A stretch of DNA of 64,000 bases, taken from assembly GCA_012295275.1 (NCBI GenBank), contig CM022666.1, positions 4,588,001 to 4,652,000 on the forward strand, read 5' to 3'. Source of the stretch: Chrysomallon squamiferum (taxonomy: Eukaryota; Animalia; Mollusca). Shown in pieces: positions 56,578 through 64,000 of this stretch. Numbering within the stretch: the stretch's first letter is position 1; the number at the start of each line of letters is the position of its first letter. The translations under genes and the position numbers were made by a program. The notes under the pieces are model-generated. The model saw nothing but the letters and a program-made list of their open reading frames with translations. It ran no database searches and had not been told where the DNA came from.

Positions 56578-57707
56578 TTATTTATTAGTTTATTTATTTA
56601 TTTATTTATTCGTTTATTTAATACTGTTGTTGTTGTTCTTGCTAGTTAGTTATTTTGGTCCATATAAAGAGAGACTATACATTTTTTCAATTAAATTTGT
56701 TAAATTCACACACACACACACACACACGCTTTGTTTTTTTCTCCCAAGGATTTTTCTGAGAAGTAATAAATACTCATTTTATTCGTCAACTGGGCTATAA
56801 ATGGATGTTACGTCAGTCGACTGTGCACGTACGTAGGCGTATCCATATAATCATGTGATAAGTACATGGTTCTATAACAGCAGTATTTAACTTACTGTCT
56901 ATAAAGTATACAAATTATGCTTCATAAAATAAAACTCAAATCATGTTACTGACTGGTGTAAAAGTGAAAACTGAGTTCAAAAATATTTTCATCAATTTTA
57001 CTTGATATTTAGAAAAGAAAAGGGAAAAAAAAGCAGAAAATGATAAATGCAGATCAAGACATTTGTACTACATTTAAAGTAACTATCCAAGTAATAAAAA
57101 TTATGAACATCTGACCAGAGGTATCGCTGTAGTCTTTATTTAACAACAATGACAACATCAAACAAAACTAATGATTATGATGATGATGATGATAAATTTA
57201 ATAGTAGTAGTAGCGGTAGCACTAATACAAATAGTAGGAGTAGTAGAAAGAATAATACTAGTAATCATGATTATATAGTAATAATATAGCAGTAGTAATA
57301 ATGATGAAGATGATAGTGGTAGTAAAGTTAATGATAATTATTAGAGTCATAATAAAATTAATAATGATGATGATGATGATGATAGACATAATAAAATTAA
57401 TAATCACAATATTTACGATTCTGAAACGCTTCTAAAAAGAAATTTTCTTATTGTTATAAAACAAAAAATGCTTTAAACAGATTGTTTATTATGCAGATTT
57501 TACATGAAATTTTAAATGTAACGTATATATACACATTTATTACTCTGATCATTTCATACTGTATATAGAAAATGCTTTTTAACTGGATCATCCACTTAAC
57601 TTGTATTATTCATTATCAACTAATCAGTGAACATTTAACTTTCATCAGTTAATTTATATAAAAAATCAGTAATATTTAAATATTTATTCACTGAATGCAG
57701 CACACAC

Positions 57708-57790
<83 letters not shown>

Positions 57791-59629
57791 TCTTCAATAC
57801 TCAGCATCAAAAAGGGATCCTAGGAAGCAAGGCTGCTTTGGTCTGGAGATTTAAAGAAAAAAGAAAGTTAATATAATAATTGGTGTCCAAGTTTTCAGTT
57901 GACAGGCCGGACTAAATTCCTCGCCGACCCTTGGACTACTGCGTGACTTCTGTTCACGTTTTCGACAAGTAATAATAACCGATACATGATACTACTATCA
58001 CATGCCTGGAATTCTAGTCAAGGTTAAGGTCTGTGTACAACAATGAGGAAACTATTATCTGATGTAAACTTAGCTTTCATGAATCCATGCGCATGCGTAT
58101 TAACAAGAGTTAGCGCCACGCCAAATAAATGTATTTTAGTGATGTTGTAGTCTAGAATAGACACTGACATGCGCAGAATATCTGTATTTATCTGATTTCA
58201 AATTCTCTGTGCAGTACAACAGGTCGGGGACCTATTGCAGAGAGGTGATCAGTCAACAATGCAGTGTTTTGGAGGAGTATCAAGTTAATGTAATAATTGT
58301 TGTCCGACCAATCGCTGCCGTAATATCGTCAATGAATCAGACAGAGAAATGAGATATCACATATCATATCAGTCACATGTTACGTGTACATTTTTCAGCG
58401 ACGTCATCGTAGGCCGTGACTTTACAAACAGCTGTTTATAAACACTGCACGGGTTCAACTACTTTTAAGTATGTGATATGAACATGGTTATATAACAGCA
58501 ATATTTAACTTACTGTCTATAAAGTATACAAATTATCCTTCATAAAATGAAAATTAAATCTTGGTGTATAAGTGAAAAGTGAGAACTAATATAAATAATA
58601 GGAGTAGTAGAAAGAATAATACTAGTAATCATGATTATATAGTAATAATATAGCAGTATTATAATGATGAAGATAATAGTGTAAATAAAGTTAATGATGA
58701 TTATGATAGACATAATAAAATTAATAATCATAATATTTACGATTCTGAAATGCTTCTAAAAAGAAAATTTGTATTCTGATAAAACAAAAAAATGCTTTAA
58801 ATAGATTGGTTATTATGCAAATTGTACATTAAATTTTAAATGTAACGTATATATAAACATTTATTACTCTGATCAAATTACATATACACTGTACCAAAAA
58901 AAGCCACTATGCATGAAGTTTTCATTATCATTTAACATTAATTATATTTACAGCATCCATAGATGTACATGTTTAGAATATCAGCTGTACAAAACCATCT
59001 ACAATAGAACATCCATTCTGTACAGAACATCTACCATAAAAGAACATTCACTGTACACTGAACATCTACTGTACTTGAGCATCCAATGTACAGTGTATAC
59101 AGAACATCTGTACAAGATCATTTTTTTACACAGGACACAGACTGTACAACTACCACTGGATACAGAACATCTACTGCAGAACAACGCCTATTTTACATAG
59201 AATATTAACTGTACAAGAGCATCCACTGTACAAAGAATATCCAGTGTACAAGAACATCCATTGTACATAGAACATCTATTGTACAAGAATATCCATTGTA
59301 CATAGAACATCTATTGTACAAGAATATCCATTGTATAATGTGAGTAAAACCTAAAATAATAGTAAATAAACCTGAAGCAGAGTCCATCTTTTGTGAATGA
59401 TGAGGATAGTCAGTGATTATTTTGTTAATAAAATTCTGGATGATGATGTAGACAATAAAATTATCAACGATGAGGTTGACATTGAATTTTTCAATGATGA
59501 TGTTGACAGTAAAATTCTGAATGATGATGATGACAGTGAAAATCTGAATGATGATGTAGGATGATGGCCATGAAACCCTTTGTTTTTACTTATGAGAATG
59601 TAAAGTTCCTAGGTTTTTAATTAGTTTCT

Positions 59630-60961
59630 TTTCGTGTATCTTTCATTGTCTGATCCTCGCTGGTTTAAAAAATTATTCTTAGCCTGACAAAACCAGATCT
59701 GTTAAAAGATGAAAAGAGAGAAAGTAAAAAAAAAAGGAATTAATTTCATGGAATAAGTTTAATATATATATATATAATTCATTAATAATTAATAAGGATA
59801 AGTAATTAAATAATAACAACTGTAAATTAAATAAAACTATACACAAAAAATATTGATTGATAAATTTAATAAATCAATAGTTTAACTAATAATAATAACA
59901 ATAAAGTAACTATAATGATGACAAACAAAAAAATAAAATAATATTCTTTAGAACTGAAATTAAAAGAAAATTGATGTTCAAGAGACCATCTTAGACAGAA
60001 ATAATTTACCTTCTTATGTAGATCCATAAAACCGAACCAAACAGTTCCTTGAGCACCACAATGGACAAAAATACAACAACAATTTGAGCTGTATCCATGA
60101 CGATGCGCCTGGCTGCAGTGAGTAAAGCGTCAAGTTGGTTTTCTACAATGTCTGGTCTCTCCGTCCTGTGAAAGTAAATTGTAAAAACAGATGATTAAAA
60201 TTTAAACAAATACAAGAAAACATATTACTTCTATTGGTGTCTTTAAGGTTGTTAAACACTCAGATATGTACAAATATAATCTGAGTTCTCACATAAACAC
60301 AACTAAGACAAATGCACTTACAGTTTTAAAATTATATTTGATAAAACTCTCTGGCGTGACTGGTTAAATTCTTTCATTTTCTATCTATCCCCGGATAAAA
60401 ATTACATGATAAGTACTGTACTCTATTAGTCTTTAATAATCTATTCCTACCTGGATATATAAATTACATGGTATGTACTGTACTGGAATAATACTGTATC
60501 CTGGATGTTCAAATCATGTCATTCTGTAACTTTTGTTTCATTTCCAGTTACATATTTATTAAAAAAATCAACTAAAAAAGAAGAATTTAAAAATAAATAA
60601 AATAAACTCACAGATAACACTTACTATATCATAATGGAGACCCAGTCTGTTAAAACTATGTTTGGTTAGCACGACCTCTGACACGTGTACACCGCCATAA
60701 CAAGGAGACACACAACTACAGTGACAACAGCATTTGGGATAAAAAGTGTTTTGGACTACCTGGATGAAAAATAAAATTGAAACAAAATATTATCTAAAAA
60801 TGTCATCAACAACAATAATTACAATAACAATAGTTATAAATAACAACAGCAATAACAATAATAGTACAAATAATTCTAATAATGATATTACATTAACAAC
60901 AACAAGTATTTTTTTAGATAAAGGTCCTTGAGTAATAAAGAGTTATTTTTTTTAAATATAT

Positions 60962-61034
<73 letters not shown>

Positions 61035-61155
61035 ACAAGCTTATAATAATCATGTATTAAATAGACACGGACATATAAACATGGATACATATATGAACAG
61101 AAATATATATATATATATACATACTCACACACAAATATATATACATACATACATA

Positions 61156-61187
<32 letters not shown>

Positions 61188-61945
61188 GCAAAAGGAGACA
61201 CACAACTACAGTGACAACAGCATTTGAGATAAAAAGTGTTTGGACTACAAGGATGAAAAATAAAATTGAAACAAAATATTAACTGCCAAAAAATTTCATC
61301 AACAACAACAATTACAATAACAACAATAATAACAACAACAATAGCGGTAAAATCCTTAAAAATATAAATAATAATGATGACATTGATATTACAATAACAA
61401 CAACAACAACGATCATTATTTGAGAAAATGGTCCTTAAGTACGAAAGAGTTATCTTCCTTAATATTCTCTGTCTAGACTTCTGCACTGATATACACTAAT
61501 ATACATATATAAACACACACACAAATACACGGAATACAGACGTCTGTTGTAATACATCAATAAAAACGAGTATTCGCTACGATTAACCTACCTAGTACAT
61601 AATTATCTATCAAACACAAACATGTAAACACACAGAGACAGGCATACACATACCTACCATTACCTACAAAACACACATGTATAGACACATACCACACACA
61701 CAAAAAACACATAAAACACATACAGACACATACACAAAACACCATGTGCATTACATGTAAACAGACATGCATATATACACATATCACATTCACAAACATG
61801 CACACAAATACAAAAATTTCACACATACACACACCAAATGCATCATCGTCACCTTCATCAGACACACATGCAGATACATTTCACAAACAAAACATACAGT
61901 GTTAAATACACATCTTCGTCACCTTCATCATCAGCTGTCAAGATC
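59630..61945 (-). pseudogene. Inverted partial duplicate of the membrane-protein gene
   Basis: Exon homologs at about 61940-61840 (fragments), about 60759-60625 (+1/-1 indels), 60165-60010 (identical to 5113-5268) and about 59698-59630 (GAA->TAA). The large 317-nt exon is missing. Confidence 0.85.
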
Positions 61946-62039
61946 TTCAAACAGAGTTTTTACAGTTTTCAAATAGTTTGTCGTTACCTAGTCATGAGCT
62001 GTCAAGATGTTTAATAAATACTGTGTGTGTGTATGAAAA

Positions 62040-62127
<88 letters not shown>

Positions 62128-62368
62128 AAACTTACAAAAGTCGAGAATACCTGAAAACTATTTAACACAAAGTTAAAACAAAACTTAGTTTTCAACACGA
62201 TAACGTAGAGAATATCTCAGAGAGATTCAACTAACTGTAACAGAACTGATTATAATTATAAATACTCTACAGCTGATTTAGTCCACTATAAATACATAAA
62301 TAAATAAATAAATAAATAAATAGGTAAAAGGCGAAGAAACGTATTGACTGTTCGATGTGTGTGTGTGC

Positions 62369-62401
<33 letters not shown>

Positions 62402-62544
62402 CGTGCCTCTGTGTGAGATGGAGAGTCAGAGTACGAGAAAGATACGAAAAGTTTTCAATCTGGAAAACAAACAGAGCAAATCTAAAGTTTTTAAGATCAT
62501 ATCTTTATTTAATAAATTTTATTCAACATTATTATTAATATTAC

Positions 62545-62631
<87 letters not shown>

Positions 62632-62685
62632 TTTTTGTTTTTATTTATTTTTTTTTTTTATATGATTTGTTGTTGTTTATTTCAG

Positions 62686-62767
62686 AGGTTTTTTACGTAA
62701 CTATTGGAATAGTTTCAGGAACAGTTGTGTTAGTTATAGACATTGGTATCTACTGCTGGTGGAATGT
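62686..62767 (+). other. Orphan exon encoding a single transmembrane helix
   Basis: Pyrimidine-rich ttcag acceptor and gtaagt donor, phase 1 to 2, encoding (E)VFYVTIGIVSGTVVLVIDIGIYCWWN. No parent gene found in the window. Confidence 0.45.
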
Positions 62768-62968
62768 GTAAGTGTTGTTTAATCACAAGTTATTATATGT
62801 ACATAAAGAGAATGAGCTGTGACCGGGCAGTGGTATCATATACTACTGTTTTTTTCACGATGAATGCTCTGATAATTTATGTGTAAATTATATCGTTATT
62901 CTTAATAATAAATTGTACTTTCCTTATAAAACTGCAGACAATGTACGTAACAGACACACACGGAGAGA

Positions 62969-63064
<96 letters not shown>

Positions 63065-63312
63065 ATACATATATACTAGTACTAATAAAGGGAGACAATT
63101 TACATAGATTACACAGAGAAACAACGGAACTGGGGAAAGACTGGATGGGCAGAGAAAGAGATAAAAATAAAAATAATTACCAATATTTTAAAATACGTTT
63201 AATATTTGTATTTCATTTAATCGAATTTTCTTAGTAGCTCCAAAGACATGTACTGAGTATTCACTATCATCATCACTATTCCTTTCTTCTTCTTCTTCTT
63301 CTTCTTCTTTTC

Positions 63313-63347
<35 letters not shown>

Positions 63348-63430
63348 TTTTATTTCTTTTTTTCAGAGAACTCTATCCGTCTGTTAGTTTTCGAAACTTT
63401 TCCTATGAAGCAAGCGTTTGAAGAAAAGAG

Positions 63431-63553
63431 GTGTGATAATCAGATAAATGACTGTAATATATTTTATTTTCCATTTAGTTATTAAAAAGTTATTTTTGTT
63501 GTACTGTTTATTTATTTATTATATACATCAATATTAAGTAGATTAAGCTATGC

Positions 63554-63595
<42 letters not shown>

Positions 63596-64000
63596 GAATT
63601 ATTCCTGGCTTTTTTTCAAAACAGAGTAGCGTGCGTTGTTTTCCGGAGTAGAATTTTATCTTACGATATATATCTATGTGGTCTTTAACAGTAAATATGG
63701 GGTCATATAACGGTTGATTAAAAATGTATTTAGTGACGTCGTTAAATTAAAAACTCAGTAATCATATTAATAAACTACGAGTAGTATAATAATTTACATA
63801 ATATTTACTACATTAGGACCAGCCAAGCGAATCCTGTAACCTATCACGTATTTTTGACAGCAGTGTGTAAATTTCATTCTACGTTGGTGATATTTCCATC
63901 TCATATAAACGTAAATACAACGTTCTTGACACTTCAGAGATAATAAAAACTGAAATTATTAAAACAATTCTTATTTAAAAAGCAGAGAACAACGTCTGAT
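63431..64000 (-). repeat. Inverted copy of 45186-45687
   Basis: The reverse complement matches the sequence just left of the gap (e.g. atcagacgttgttctctgctttttaaataagaat) and runs off the window end. Confidence 0.9.

Overview
AT-rich, microsatellite-laden eukaryotic genomic DNA with spliceosomal GT-AG introns and a 200-N scaffold gap at 45702-45901. The gene content suggests an invertebrate, probably a mollusc (inference). The window is a segmental-duplication array of four apparently intact 4-coding-exon TNF-superfamily ligand genes. Each encodes 264 aa: an N-terminal hydrophobic anchor, a six-Cys stalk module and a C-terminal TRAIL-like TNF homology domain. Three genes are on + (8611-10597, 24436-26485, 41737-43673) and one is on - (47131-49072). 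Each repeat unit also carries a piece of the neighbouring multi-pass membrane-protein gene, whose intact 3' half lies at 1-5847; the other pieces are decaying. Also present: opposite-strand TNF-domain fragments, duplicated stalk mini-exons, a conserved CCAAT/TATA promoter with a non-coding exon, and BEL/Pao and MULE remnants. The paralogs differ mainly in predicted receptor-contact loops and look mosaic. All exon models and difference counts were made by hand and need RNA-seq and alignment confirmation.
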